Part shown: positions 22,555 through 36,535 of the stretch, piece by piece
How the letters are laid out: each line of letters opens with the position of its first letter
Numbering within the stretch: position 1 is the stretch's first letter
Made by a program: the position numbers and the translations under genes
Assembly: GCF_001194135.2 (NCBI RefSeq)
Contig: NC_068990.1
Location: forward strand, 92,881,833 to 92,935,119
Direction of reading: 5' to 3'
Origin: Octopus bimaculoides
Taxonomy: Eukaryota
DNA length: 53,287 nucleotides
The notes under the pieces: generated by a model
Databases searched by the model: none
Told to the model about the DNA's origin: nothing
The model's input: only the letters and a program-made list of their open reading frames with translations

Positions 22555-22678
22555 TATCGGTCAGTTATTCACGTCTGAAAAAAACACACTAAAAAACTTT
22601 TTTTTGCATAAAACGTGTGTATATATGTATATATACATAGGTATATATCTATATATATGTGTGTGTATATATACATAT

Positions 22679-22717
<39 letters not shown>

Positions 22718-23865
22718 CATGCACATAGATATATATACATACACATGTATATATACATACACANNNNNNNNNNATAGATATATATACATACACATGTATA
22801 TATACATACACATGTATATATACATACATATATATGCATACATATATATATATACATACATATACATATATATACATATACATACAAACATATATATATA
22901 TATATTTCAATCCAAACCTTGAATTCCAAAAGCGTATTACTGGTACTTATTTTCGCAATCTCAGAGAAATAAAAGGGTGAAGTCGAATCCCTGAGGTGAT
23001 TTCAGTCTGGAATCGTGAGATGCTGAACTGAATTTCGTTATAACTATTTTTTTCTTCTTCAAATAAGTATATCAGATATATTTCTCTTTATGCGATGTTT
23101 ACCAACAACAATATCGACAGAAACATCCCGTTACGACAGAATAAAGGATTGCGATTATGGTGAAATGGTTGGTTACCATACTAAATGGAATGAGATGAAA
23201 ATTTTCTTAAAACCTTTATTTCGGATCCAATTCTAATTTAGCCAGACATAAAGGCAGGTGTCGCTGATTAAATATATTCTAGTAATATATTACGTTTAAT
23301 TAAAGCAATTACAACGGCATCGATACAAAAAAACATCGGTGTCCTACCTTAGTCAATTGATATATGTATGGGACTTTGACGAGATAACTTCTATTAGCAG
23401 GTGTGACAGGCCGTAATGACATAATTGGTCAAAGTTTCAATGCCGACAGGACATCATCTGATCTTTGATGTAATAAACCAGTAAAGATAGTGTGCAACAG
23501 CAGCGATTTTACATGTTAGATGCATATAATTATGTTGTATGTCTTACATCACCATTACGAGCAGCATCGACGTAACCACACACTTGTAGTAATTCGACAA
23601 TGTCCCTACCTCCGACTTCGACGTTGTTATACGGAAAGATAAGCCAAGTAGTTTTGTACAGAAACAAGAATGAATTATTGAGGTGGGTGGCAACAACCTC
23701 ACACACACACATACACTAAATATTTACCGAGTGTATATATAATAATAATAATAACAAATAGCAAATAGCGTTTATGGATATTTTGGAACATTTCCAAACA
23801 ATGTACTAACACAAAACAACAATCTGTAAACTATCTCAAGGCTGTCACAAGCGTGTGTATGTATT

Positions 23866-23923
<58 letters not shown>

Positions 23924-24544
23924 AGCACACACAGTGGAAGCAGCTAATTGTGATGACTGGGATGCAGCTTTTAAGATAAAAATAACCGGCTGATAACATT
24001 ATCCAGTGTGTGTAACAACACCCTAAACATGTTTAGGGCCACTAAAGCAGCATATAAGTATATGTGTACAGGTTATATATATGTATGTATATAAATATAT
24101 TTAATATACATGTGTGTGTGTATATACATATATATGTATATATGTAATACATATATGTGTGTATATATGTATGGTGGGGGGACAAATAATGGCACAGTTT
24201 CTATGAGAGTGACACTAAATTACAGCTATCATACAATGTCAAGATATGGAGGCAGATACACATACACGTGTGTGTGTGTGTGTGTGTGTATCATCATCAT
24301 CATTCAACATCTGTTTTCCATGCTGGCATGGGTTGGACGGTTTAACAGGAGCTGACCAGCTGAAGGGCTGTTCAGGCTTCATGTCTGTTTTAGCATGGTT
24401 TCTATGGCTGGATGCCCGTGGACTGGCTGCTGTGTACATGGCACCAGTACCTTTGAGCCTGCAAGATTAGGGATGTCCAGCTGGAGAGGGTTGCAAGGGA
24501 AAAGCCTGTATGCAAGGTCAACCATGATTTTACTTTGCTTGACC

Positions 24545-24945
24545 AATGTTTTCAAGCACAGCAAACCACCAAGAATCTTGGTCCCTTGTCATCCCTTCTG
24601 TGAGTCCCAACATTTGTGGATCCTTTCTCACCACTTCATTCCACGTCTTCTTGGGTCTACCCCTTCCACATGCTCCCTCTGCACTTAGAGATCAGCACCT
24701 CTTGATGCAACTCTCTTCATTCATACACATTACATGATGACCATACAAGCACAGTCTTCTCTCTTGCATATTACACCTGATGCCCTCTATACCCAGTTCT
24801 TTTCTCAAATCACTTACACCCGGTCCTGTATGCCCACTGACATTACCCATCCAGCAAAGCATACTGGTTTCATTTCTTTCAAGCCTTTGCATGTCCTCTG
24901 TAGTCACAGCTCATGTCTCACTGCCATGTAGCAGAGCTGTCTGTA
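24545..24945 (-). mobile_element. RTE-clade LINE, decayed C-terminal ORF2 fragment
   Basis: Translation LERNETSMLCWMGNVS...LRKELGIEGIRCNMQERRLCLYGHHV, followed by a GRPRKTW-like segment; typical RTE pattern MLRW...LRWYGHV...RGRP..W. Confidence 0.85.
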
Positions 24946-26019
24946 CACAGGCATCATACAAACTGCCTCTCACTCTGAGGCATGGCTGTGAAGTTAAGCA
25001 GTCTGCTTCTCAACCATGTGATTTTGGGTTCAGTCTTACTGTGTGACACAACAAAAGCCTTGTGAAAGGATTTTATAAATCAAAACTGAAGAAGTGTGTG
25101 TGTGTGTACTTGTTTTGTGCCTCCTCATCTTGACATCAAGCAACCGTTTTAAACAAGCATCATCATATAAGTGGTGCCATTAGTTTCCAATATTCCATGA
25201 AACCATGTCTGGTCATGAGGAAATGTTACCTTACTTGGAAACATGTGAAGGTTGGCAACAGAAGGGAGGCATCTGGCCATAGAAAATCTGCTTCAACCAA
25301 TTCTGTCTGTCTGTCCAATGCAAACAATGCTGAATGATGATATGTAGATGTGTGCTTAAAAAACAGTTCATCCTTGGGGTATTTTCCTCTTAGACATGTT
25401 TATTTATCATCACCATCATTGTTTAACGTCTGCTTTCCATGCTGGCATGGGTTGGATGGTTTGACTGAAACTGGTAAGCCCAGCGGGGGGCATCAGGTTC
25501 CAACCTGATTTGGCAAGGTTTCTATAGCCGAATGCCCTTCCTAATATCAACCACTCCGATGGTGTAGTGGGTGCTTTGTACATGCCACCAGCATGGGTGC
25601 CATTAACCTGACACTGGCATCAGCCACGACTATGGTCTCACTTGGCTTGACAGGTCAACACAAGCATGGTATATTGCTAAGAGTCTTGGTCACCTGTCAT
25701 TACCTGCATNNNNNNNNNNNNNNNNNNNNNNNNNNNNNNACTCCGATGGTGTAGTGGGTGCTTTGTACATGCCACCAGCATGGGTGCCATTGACCTGACA
25801 CTGGCATCAGCCATGACTATGGTCTCACTTGGCTTGACCAGTCTACACAAGCATGGTATATTGCTAAGAGTCTTGGTCACCTGTCATTACCTGCATGAGA
25901 CCCAACGCTTGAATGGTGCTTTTTATGTGCCAGTCAGACAGCACTGGCATCAGCCACGGCTACAATTTGTTGATATTCGTAATCAGTCAACATCTTGATG
26001 TTACATTCCTTCTATTAAG

Positions 26020-26051
<32 letters not shown>

Positions 26052-26599
26052 CCATGTATCTCCTCTCCAGCAAGTCACTTATATCTGTCCCTTCTACACC
26101 TTAAATCTCTCAACTGGCACCAAGCCACACCCTCACAATACTACTCCATCCCTAGTTGAGGGATTTTATTGTACTGATCCTGTTGGTGCTGGTGCCACGT
26201 AAAATGCACCCAGTCCACTTTGTGAGGTGGTTGGTCTTAGGAAGGGCACCCAGTTGTAGGAGCCATGCCAAAACAATGAAGCCTGGTGTGACTCTTGTCC
26301 AATCCATGCCAGCACAGAAAGCAGACGTTAAACAATGATGATCTCACACACACAAGCAGTCTTTAAGACCTGTCTACTCAGCCTTTGTACTCACGAAGCT
26401 TTAAGAAGTTTGATGAAAATGAAAGCCACACAGGTGGATCCTGAGCACAGTACACCTGCACACACACAAATTTATACAAATATTTCATTTCTAAACACAC
26501 AGAACTATCAGCACAAAAGTCAAACTGATACATATGTTATGCCTCTAAAATCTCCACCACTACTACTACTACTACGTACTACTAGTTATTCAGTTTGTC

Positions 26600-26990
26600 A
26601 TGTTTGCAGAAGTCGTTGGGTTCTCTCCAGCACCGTGTATCACTAACTGACACAGTGCTTTGTGAAATATATCTTGAGATCTATCTTCATCACTTCATTC
26701 CAAATCATTCCCTGATCCCCTCTTCCACACGTTCCATTCTCTTGGAATACACAATACTTCTTTATACAGCACTCAGCCGCCATATGCACCACTTGCTTAT
26801 ACTAGAGCATCTTTCTCTCCTGCATCCAATTTGTCTCTCGACTCATCACAATTCAGTCGTTCCTACACAATTTGTAGTAAAGTGTTGTTTCCTTCATTGC
26901 TTCCTGCTCTTCAGAAATCCCTTGCAGGCAAGGCCCATCTCTTACTTACAAGCAACATCTCACTCTATGTACATGCATCTACAATCTAAT
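26600..26990 (-). mobile_element. Heavily decayed RTE-like LINE 3' fragment
   Basis: Minus strand GGAAGAGGGGATCAGGGAATGATTTGGAATGAAGTGATGAAGATAGATCTC resembles GRGRPRKTWNEVV..DL; multiple stops. Confidence 0.55.
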
Positions 26991-27527
26991 CTTCATTCTT
27001 AAGGAAATGTTACTCTTTGTGACCAGCAGAGTTGAACTTTTCCCACCATGTTCTTACTCCAGCTATTAAACATTCAGAACACCAATCTCCACAGCCAATT
27101 AGGTCGTCAACGTAACAAAACCTATCAACAATTTCTAAGGAGTTCACCAATTTTTTTTATAGAATCTATTTTTCTTGAGCTCTTAGTGATTATTGTCCCT
27201 GTGCACCTGCTGCATATGTGGTCAACTTGTGATTTCACTACATTCCTTGTGCATCCAATGCCTCACAGGAATGTGAAAATAAGAGATATGGTCCAGAGGA
27301 TTGGACAGGTGAAAATGTAGGTAAGATCATGAGAATGAGAAAGGAGGCTGAGTTCAAAATAGATGGCCGGTGAATGACAAACAAATGTTTTACTGAATGA
27401 TGTTTAGATACTTTTTCACCTTTTTGACAATTCCAGAAACGTGGTTCATCTAATGCAGATCACTGTCATGTTCACTTGCAGACTTCTTAAAGCTGGTGCT
27501 GTGGAGGGATTAGGTAAATTACAGGTC

Positions 27528-27576
<49 letters not shown>

Positions 27577-28002
27577 TTTGTGATGGTTGCACGTGGCAGT
27601 GTTCCCTCCATGTATTCAAATGGTTTTCTATCCATAGGCGAGAAAATTTTTGCCTAGCCATATCTATGATCATCTTTCTATAAACAAACATAACAATTCC
27701 TCTCTAGGCTCCATACCCTCAGAAAGGCACGACGACTATGACAATCTCATATGTCAGTTCTGACATCAGACGTTTCTTGGAAGCCGGATGATCTAGTTCG
27801 TGTCCAGTAGTCTTGAGGACACTTAATGACTCCCAGAACTTCGAGGGGGCAGGAGCTGGGAAGGGGGGGGAATAAATTAACGAGGAAGTGTAAGGAGTGA
27901 GTAAATAATAATTCATTTTTGGAATTGGATCTCGAAGAACGTATTAAACCATAAATAATAGACGTCAATAAAAAACAAACAAACAATTCTTTCTAAATTT
28001 GC

Positions 28003-28170
28003 TACGAGGCAAGCAATTTAGAGAGGGGGGGCAATTCGATTATATTAACCCCAGTACTTTACTGGTACTTTATTTTATCGACCCCGAAAGGATGAAAGGC
28101 AAATCAACCTGGGTGGAATTTGAACTCGGAACGTAATGAGCCGCAAGAAATACCGCAAATGCATTTTCCT
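28003..28170 (-). mobile_element. SINE family A copy (further partial copies near 17440-17520, 19965-20150, 22925-23040, 32455-32520)
   Basis: gaccccgaaaggatgaaaggcaaa...ggaatttgaactc is the reverse complement of the family core. Confidence 0.8.
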
Positions 28171-28396
28171 CATGATTCCACCAGTTCAGGTTAAGCTGTA
28201 GAAGATGTATGTAAACAACAATCTCCTGTACAAAACGGAAAGAACAATCTAGAAATGACATGCTGAATTTACCCAATTTGCAAATAGATCCTAATTTTAC
28301 GTGACTACTAAGATTCATAATTAAACCGAGTTAATTCCCGTTTTATCGTGTATTTATTTTATAGACAAAAAACAGTATATCTTAGAATTCTTTCAG

Positions 28397-28470
28397 ACAT
28401 TTGGTGATTTCACCCGTATAAACATAATATGAGCAAACGAAGACGCGTTGAGATTACTCCGATTAAAATG
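28397..28470 (+). other. Candidate plus-strand exon with ATG at 28429 (MSKRRRVEITPIKM)
   Basis: TTCTTTCAG acceptor, ATG|GTAAAC donor, NLS-like KRRR; no linked downstream exon found. Confidence 0.25.
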
Positions 28471-29591
28471 GTAAACTGACTTAATTACCATTTTACAATA
28501 TATTTAACAAACAATAAAACAATATCATGCTTTCAAATCTAGAGGTGGGGAATCCAGCATGCCATTTCTATACGTATGGTGGTGGTTCCTTCCGTTTTCG
28601 ACAAGACATCGTTGTTTACGTATTCATTCGAGAATTTTGCATCATTATAATCATCATCATCATAATAACAATAATCGGCATTTCTCTCTCTCTGAAGCAT
28701 GGAATAAACTACCCAGGGCGGTTGTCCGCAGTCAGGACACCAGCAATTTCTTCAACAATTCCATGCTTCCTGCAATTCGCCAAAACTATTTCAGACCTGC
28801 CTTAGGCACCCTTGTCCTCTTAATGGCTCTTTTCACTTTTCTGTCTTTTTCTGTTTTATCCTGTATAATCTTTTCATTATCATTGCTTTTTTCCTTTTCT
28901 TATCGTTGCTTTCAATCTCCTCTTTCAACCCTTTTTTCTGAGCAGTTACAATGCCCCTGTGCCATGTTTACACTAAGCTCAATAAATACGTTATAATAAT
29001 GTATTTGCAGTTTTGTTAATAACAATCGAGCTTTTAAATAGCATTGAATGTATTTTTCACGATGTTTCTACATCCACTGAGCATATATAAAAATCAAAGG
29101 CCCAGGAACAACCGTCACCAGGCAACGAGCACTCACGTAGACGGCGAAAAAAAGGTCTTCTTTTCATTAAACATAAATAAACCAAAGATAAAAAAAGTCT
29201 CCGATTTTGTGACCATATTCAGTGTAGTCTCAGCGGTTCTACACATCTAAAGTGAAATTTATCTTTTTACACAAATAGTGTTTTTTGTTTTTAGTTGTTA
29301 GGATTTATAAATTTACTGGCTTGTATATTAAAAAGACCAGCCCGAGAAAAAGATAGTAGTTTCTTTTAAGACAATCCGACATAAAACTTAATGTTTCTCT
29401 CCCTCTCTCTACACTTTATGTGTCTTTCTACATTCATACATTTCTTCTAACCGAATTAAAAGAAAAATTATGTTTCTGTGATATTAAAGGATTTTAAAGC
29501 GAGATCATATATTAAAAGTTAATGGAAGTTATCAATGAAGCTGTTAAATATAATTATAGTTTGCCTGTAGACCGTCTGGTCTATTACTTAC

Positions 29592-29776
29592 CGTGAAGTA
29601 AGTGCTGTAAAGACCAGCCGTCTGTGATAGAAACAGTTGATGTTGAGTAGTCGACATTCTGTAAAAATACGTCGATCATATGACACAGAAGGAAAGAGAA
29701 AGAGATATTTCGCTGCTGCTGAAGGAGAGAAGCCAGAGAGAGAGAGAAGGCGGCGGCGGGGGAAAGACTTGGCCAT
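29592..29776 (-). CDS. Candidate first coding exon (MAKSFPRRRLLSLSG...VFTALTSR) or 5' exon of an unidentified gene
   Basis: ATG at 29776, open to strong donor CACG|GTAAGT; phase 2 matches the 21459 exon; GC-richer context. Other frames are also open over its 3' part. Confidence 0.3.
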
Positions 29777-31935
29777 ACTGACACACAGAGGCGTGGACTG
29801 GATATTAGCAGGTGTCTCTCCTGTTAACGTTGCCGATTCTATTGTAGACTCTAACTTTTATTAATACATCTAGTAAAACTATCTGCATACCCATGAGAGG
29901 TGTTCATCATTGTTCATTAAACACTCGTTTTATACATTTCCTCTGTCTCTTATAGAAGCGAACTGCATCTTATCATGCTACCTATCTGTCTTAAGGAGTG
30001 TGTTATTGCCGGTTTCTCAACTGACATTCACTCAGGGCAGCGACGACTATAATATCGAGAGATAAAACTATCGGATGTTACATAAGTCTGTGTCCATGGT
30101 TGTTATTTGCTTCGTTTACCTCGTTAATGTCTGATAATAAAGTAGGAACATGATGCAATATTATCATAGGCCTTTCTGCATTATGTTTGTCTGAAGCCAT
30201 GCTTAAAGATGTTGATGTTTTTGAACCATGCCGACCAACGGGCACCTTAAATAATTGATACTGTAGCGATGTATCTAACATAACATTTATAATGTATATA
30301 TAATAGAATTGATACACTGACGAGAATTTAAACGAAGATACATCTTAATGTTAAACGTAGAAAACCTTAGATGAACCGAAAAAAACTTTCGTCCGTGAAA
30401 TAATTGAATAATATAATTCTGTAAAAAAAAAAAAAATTTCTGTGACTAAATTTATATCGCAATTGGTGAACAATAACGTCGTTAAAAAAATCTTTGTTAG
30501 CAAGTTAATAGTTGTTGAAAATCACTTAAAATATTTAATATATTTGTTATAAAATCGGTCTTTTTAGCGAGAATTGGTTAATCCTAACTTTATAAAACTT
30601 TAGATTTTTACAATTGTACTTTTGTGAACAATTATGTTCTTTATATGATAAGGAAGAAGTAATAAACATGTTTATAAAAATTTAAACAATTACCGAAGTC
30701 TTAATAACTTTATTATAGGGTTTGGACAGACTCCGGACAAAACTATAAAACGATCACAGAAAGTTAGATGGAAGAAAAAAAATTAATATGTAGTATTTCA
30801 ACAGTTTATCACATTATTTTCGATGTTTTATTATTATTATTGAAAGCCTACGGAGAAAATTGGCAAATATTTAAATTATTAAAAAAATATATATATAATT
30901 AAAATAACTAGTTTAGCAAAGAATGGCAACATACCATGAACTTTGTATACTTTCTTATCCCGGTGTCATATAAGTTATATTTAAGGTTCAAAATACAGAT
31001 AATAGAAGATATTCAGTTTTTTTTTCTTTTTAATTTCTTCTCCCGTTATTATTTCGTTCCAGGTGAGACCTGGACGAGCAAGCTTTTGATTAAAGTAATT
31101 CCAACCAAATCGTCTTTTTATTTATTAGGAACTACCGTACCCAACGTGACCTTCTTTTTTAAGACGATAAAGTATGCTTTTGTTTGAGATTTTCCAGTTA
31201 TTTCCAGCAAACCGAAAGAACGTGTGGCGGTTCCCTCGTATTTGCTTTAAGTATTAAAGTATCTTAGTCTCTGTTCAATGCAAAACTGATACTCGAAAAC
31301 TATAGTTTTATGTTAAACAGTAAAATAGGTTCATACTATCATAACGACATTGTTTAAAAGTTCGCTTTGCAACAACGTGGTAATGGAGACGGTAAACTAT
31401 ATTGTGGTACTACAATGTGGTACCTACTTACAGCTAAGTAGACTGGACTGTTGACAGCTTAGTGGGCTGTTGATAATTAAGTGTTTTGTTCATGGATTCA
31501 GTACATTGGTTTATATCATATTGTGGCACCTTACTTACAGTAAACTGTATGTCTTTGTCAGTGAATTATACCATGAAGTGGTACCTACTTACTGATAGCT
31601 AAGTGTCTCGATCAAAGACAAAGACAACCCCCAGCAAAGAAATACAATCCACAGACGTTTTTTTGATTCTCTGATCTTCTTATAAACTGAACCGACCGAT
31701 AATCTTTATCATCATCATCATCATCATCATCCTCATTTAATGTCCACTTGCCATGCTGGTATGGGTTGGATGGTTTGACAGGTGCTGGCAAGGTTGGAGA
31801 ACTGCACCAGGCTACTCTGTGTGTTTTGGCATGGCTTTTATGGCTGGATGCCCTTCTTAACACCAACCACCCCATAGAGTGGTCTGGGTGGATTTTTTTT
31901 AACTGGCACCAGCACAGGCATAGGTATCTAGAGTT

Positions 31936-32062
31936 TGATATCTGATATTTTTATCCTACACTTAGATACTTACACGTCTGATATCTACATTCTGCAGTTA
32001 GACACCCAATACATTCTGTTGTTAGACACCTGATATCTAAAATCTGCAATTAGATGCAACCT
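31936..32062. repeat. Decayed ~28-bp tandem repeat (TGATATCTACATTCTGCAGTTAGACACC), about 4 units
   Basis: Read directly. Confidence 0.7.
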
Positions 32063-33109
32063 AAAGTCTCCATTGCTTGAGAACATAAACCAGAGATGTT
32101 TACTGTTAAATGAACCTTGTACTAATGTATTGGTACATAATGACACAGGTTCAAGATTTACAGAAAAGACATGGTTGGCAGAAGTATCTAAACTTGATAT
32201 TCTGTTGCCGTTTATAGTAATGAAGACAATAATTTACTACTATTAGCCCAGTCTACTTGTCTGTAAAGAGGCACCAGATTTAAAGTGTTTCTCACTGTTA
32301 TAAGAAGTGGGAGTAGTGTGTAATTTAAGAGTGTTTTCTTAGCTTGTTGTGCTTAGCTTAAAGCACCCTAAGGGTATATGGACATCTAACTTGGTGAGGG
32401 TTGCTACAGAGAATATAAAACATGATTATACAAACTAAATAGTACATTTGCCTTTCATCCTTTTGGGGTCGATTAGATAAGTACCTGTTATGCATTGGGT
32501 CGATGGAATCAATTTATATGACAGGTCTTGTCAAATTTCTTTCAACCATATGAAATATTTCATATATTCAACAGATTATCTTCAAAAAATGTAGTTTTAC
32601 ATGATGAAGGCAAACATTTCTTCTAGAAATTAATAATAATATCAATGTAGAAAATTTGAAAAAAACCTGGTGAAAATTCTAAATATTTCAAGTAGAAAAT
32701 TACTATTTGTAAATCTCACAACAAGAAATATTCAGTAGCAGTACTTTGGAGTAAAGATTGTTTGCCAACATAATATGGCAGTCCTGGTTTAGGACGAATG
32801 TTACTGTAATTTAGCCCCAGAAAACATTATCTCCAACTGGCTATATGACATGATCTGTCATGTTATGTTGGCAAAAATCTATATTTCAAGTAGTTGGAAT
32901 TAATCCTATATGACTAATATACAGCAGATGTGGCTGCTGTTTCAAGCAGTGAGAGACTTTCAATGGAATACTCACTGTTTCCATATTTGGAATGGTGTTG
33001 TACATACAAACACCCTAGACTACAAAAGGTCATCTACCTCATTAGAAAGACTCACACATCAACACACCACAACCTCTCACACCCCGACCACACATACTGG
33101 TTCCTCTCA

Positions 33110-33117
33110 CCACCACC

Positions 33118-33167
<50 letters not shown>

Positions 33168-33200
33168 CACCACCACCACCACCACCACCACCACCACCAC
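33110..33200. repeat. Compound (CAC)n(TAC)n(CAC)n microsatellite
   Basis: Direct. Confidence 0.95.
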
Positions 33201-33514
33201 TACGATTGTGGTAATTTGCTATTCAGGATTAGCTAGGCATTAACCACCACTGCAGCAGTGGTGTGTATGTAATAGTAGTATGAACATGTATGTGTATGTG
33301 TGGTGGTGGTGGTGGTGGTGGTAGGTGGTAACGAGGATGTTGTGAAGTGGTTGTTGGTGTTATATAACTCAATTCAGCTCTGATCAAGCAGATAATATCA
33401 AAGGTGTTCCAACTGTGACCAACCTGGGAAAAAAGTCTTCTGCTATAATTCTGAGTGGATTTGGTAGATGGAAATTGAAAGAAGCCTGTTATATATAAAT
33501 ATATATATATATAC

Positions 33515-33584
<70 letters not shown>

Positions 33585-34099
33585 TTCAAATATACAGAAG
33601 ACAAAGACAGGTGAGGGAACAGCAAGCAGGTGTATTAGTTTGGTGTTTGGGAAAAATGGAAAATCCTTGACGCTTTGAGCCTATGCTCTTCGTCAGAAAA
33701 GGATGAGAGAGAGAGAAAGTAAAACCGGAGAGAGGAAAAATCTGTTGGCATAATATGTGTTGTGTATGTGTGTGTGTGTGTGTGTGTGTGCACATATGTG
33801 TGCATGTTTGTGTTTGTGTGTGTGTGTGTACACTTGTCTAGACATCACATGATGCTTGTAAACAAGCATCATTGTCATACAAGCAATGTGGTTTATTTCC
33901 AGTCTTCCATGATAAACATGTCTGGTTATGGGGCGGGGGAATATTACCTTACTTGGAAACAGGTGATGGTTGGTGACAGGAAGAGCATCCAGCTCTTGTA
34001 ACAACTGCTACAAAATGGTGACCCTCGACTTCAACGAGGAACTAACTGTTACAAATATAATTTTAGCAGAAGGGTGATGTTCTGATGGTGAAATTAAAG

Positions 34100-34149
<50 letters not shown>

Positions 34150-34969
34150 TTGTGGTGGTGGTGTAGGTGGCCATGATGAGTGCATAATGAAAAGAAACTT
34201 TTTTTAATTGAATTAAGTCTATCACCTATCACTTAACACATGTACATACCTGCAATTCCCTGAAATATGCATTCTTATTTATGGTGCCATATGTACGGCG
34301 AACATCTTTAACCTTATCAAGCTTATTCCTATGTTTTTATACATGCGTTTGTGGAATTTGACTCTTCTTAAAATTCCTGAACAACGGATCGAGAAAGAAG
34401 ACTAGAAGCTACTCGTGAGAGGGTTAAGTGCCACAGGCAGCAAATAAGGGAACAACGGCAGGAAATCAGAGAAAGGAACATGCTAGGAGAGAGATTGCGC
34501 TGTGGTTCACGCAGCGCCGACCCTGGTGTGCCGGGTGAAAGGTAGTGTTTCTTTTTGACTCAGTGTGTGTTGTGCTTAAAAACGTGTTTATATTCTTGAA
34601 TGTGATAAAATGTAGAATTAGATTATTATCCTGCTTCCAACTTCAGTGTTGCTGCCAAGATTTGAAAAATAGGGCAGATTCCGTCCCCCCTCCATTTTGT
34701 GATTTATGGAGGATTTTTGAAAAACAAGGGCATTGTTCAGTGAACAAATTAAACATACTTCCTGGAAGTGGCTAAAACGTGAACCCATCAAGTTTATGTA
34801 TAAATTTTATTTTCATGTTTGTTTCCTTTTACACAATATTAAAACAACAGCTAAAAATTTTAAAGTAACCCTAAAGTGCCATGAAAGAGAAAGTAATGTG
34901 CAGAATAGATAATGAGTCCTACAAAAAAAAAAGGATGGTTACAATTAAGAAGAGATCACGAGTAAACAA

Positions 34970-35290
34970 CGTTTACAAAACAAGCGAACACGTATGTGCA
35001 GATACACGCATACGGAAATGTGAACACACACGAAACACATACACACACGAACGTATGCGCGTATACACATACACATAACACACACACAACATACACGAAA
35101 CATACACACACGAACGCATGCGTGCATACGCACATACATAACACACACACATAACATACACGAAACACACACAAAAAACGCATGCGCACATACACACGCG
35201 CGCACACTCATACACACACACACACACGCACACGCACACACACGCGCACGCACACGCTCGCACACACACACACACACACACGCATACAGA
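34970..35290. repeat. Complex (CA/CG/TA)n dinucleotide tract (similar tracts at 22490-22910, 43340-44150, 46860-47720, 48200-48620)
   Basis: Direct. Confidence 0.95.
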
Positions 35291-36322
35291 GTTTCTCCTC
35301 TCCCCTGAAGTTTCATATCCAACAGTCTAAGGGAGATAACTCTGTTAAGTGTACATTTTCTAGAAACTTATTTTCCTGGCAACATTTCTTCCGAGGCCCC
35401 TCCCTCAGCCTCCTCCGCCAAAACAACAAAATGAGAAGCGATTCCTGATTCCCGATAAACTCCGTCGAACAGCAATGTCTCCTCTCAGTTTTCTCCGTTA
35501 ATTCAGTGTTTTCCACACAGAATTCTTTTGTTCTTTTACCTGTTTCAGTCATTTGACTGCGTCCATGCTGGAGCACCGCCTCTAGTCGAACAAATCATCC
35601 CCAGGACTCATTCTTCGTAAGCCTAGTATTTATTCTATCGGTCTCTTTTACCGAACTGCTATGTTACGGGGACGTAAACACACCAACATCGGTGTCAAGC
35701 GACAGTGAGAGGACAAACTCAGACTCACAAATACATTTATGAGTTCCTTTCGAGTGTTGGGCCTCACGGAGGCAAAATGGCTGGGTTCCTTCTTGTGTTG
35801 GGCCTCACGGAACATGAAAGGTATGTGAGTTACTGGAACATGGAGACATCGTCTCTAGCTGGCCATACGATACGATCTGTGTCCTTATATTTTCGAACAA
35901 GGGAATCCAGCACACCCACTCAGCTCAAAACAATATCTGTGCATCGCGATTTAGTTGATTGTTTATAATTTATACAGATGCGGTAGAGGGGTAGGGGTAG
36001 GTTTCTAGTGTTATTTATTCATTCACATTTCAAAGTCTATTGTTGATGTTGTTATTGTTACTGCTGCTGCTGCTGCTGTTGTTGTTGTTGTTGTGAGTTG
36101 AGCTGACGATTTATCATAACCGTGTGTTCTGTTTATATAAATCGGAGAAGAGTTCTGCGCTTGATTGTTACTTTCACTACGTACAACAGTCAAAATGTAG
36201 CGAGAGCAACAATCAAGACGAGGACACCAGTCCGACGAACAAGATACACAATACATACGAATTGTTCATCTCGCAAATATAGAATTGAGTTTATCATAAC
36301 ATTAATTTAAATTCATTTTTAG

Positions 36323-36535
36323 AAACGTTAGCACACCGAGTGAAATGCTGAGCAGTATTTCGTTTGTCTTTAGGTTCTGAGTTCAAATTCAGCCGAGGTC
36401 GACTTGGCCTTTCATCTGTTCGGGGTTGATACATTAAGTACCAGTTGCGTACTGGGGTCGATCTAATCGACTGCCTCCCGCCCCTTCCTCCCCTGAAACT
36501 TTCAGGCCTTGTGCCTAGAGTGGAAAAGAATATTC
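36323..36535 (+). mobile_element. SINE family A copy (5'-clipped)
   Basis: acgttagcacaccgagtgaaatgctgagc...gagttcaaattcagccgaggtcgac. Confidence 0.82.

Noticed and set aside
23530-23712. Ankyrin-like reading DIVELLQVCGYVDAARNGD
   Set aside because: No TPLH motif, no good acceptor, no second repeat; another frame fits the neighbouring exon better.
30325-30355. CTGACGA...GAAG as a hammerhead (also CTGATGA at about 10174 and 52349)
   Set aside because: No paired stem II or stem I and no GAAA.
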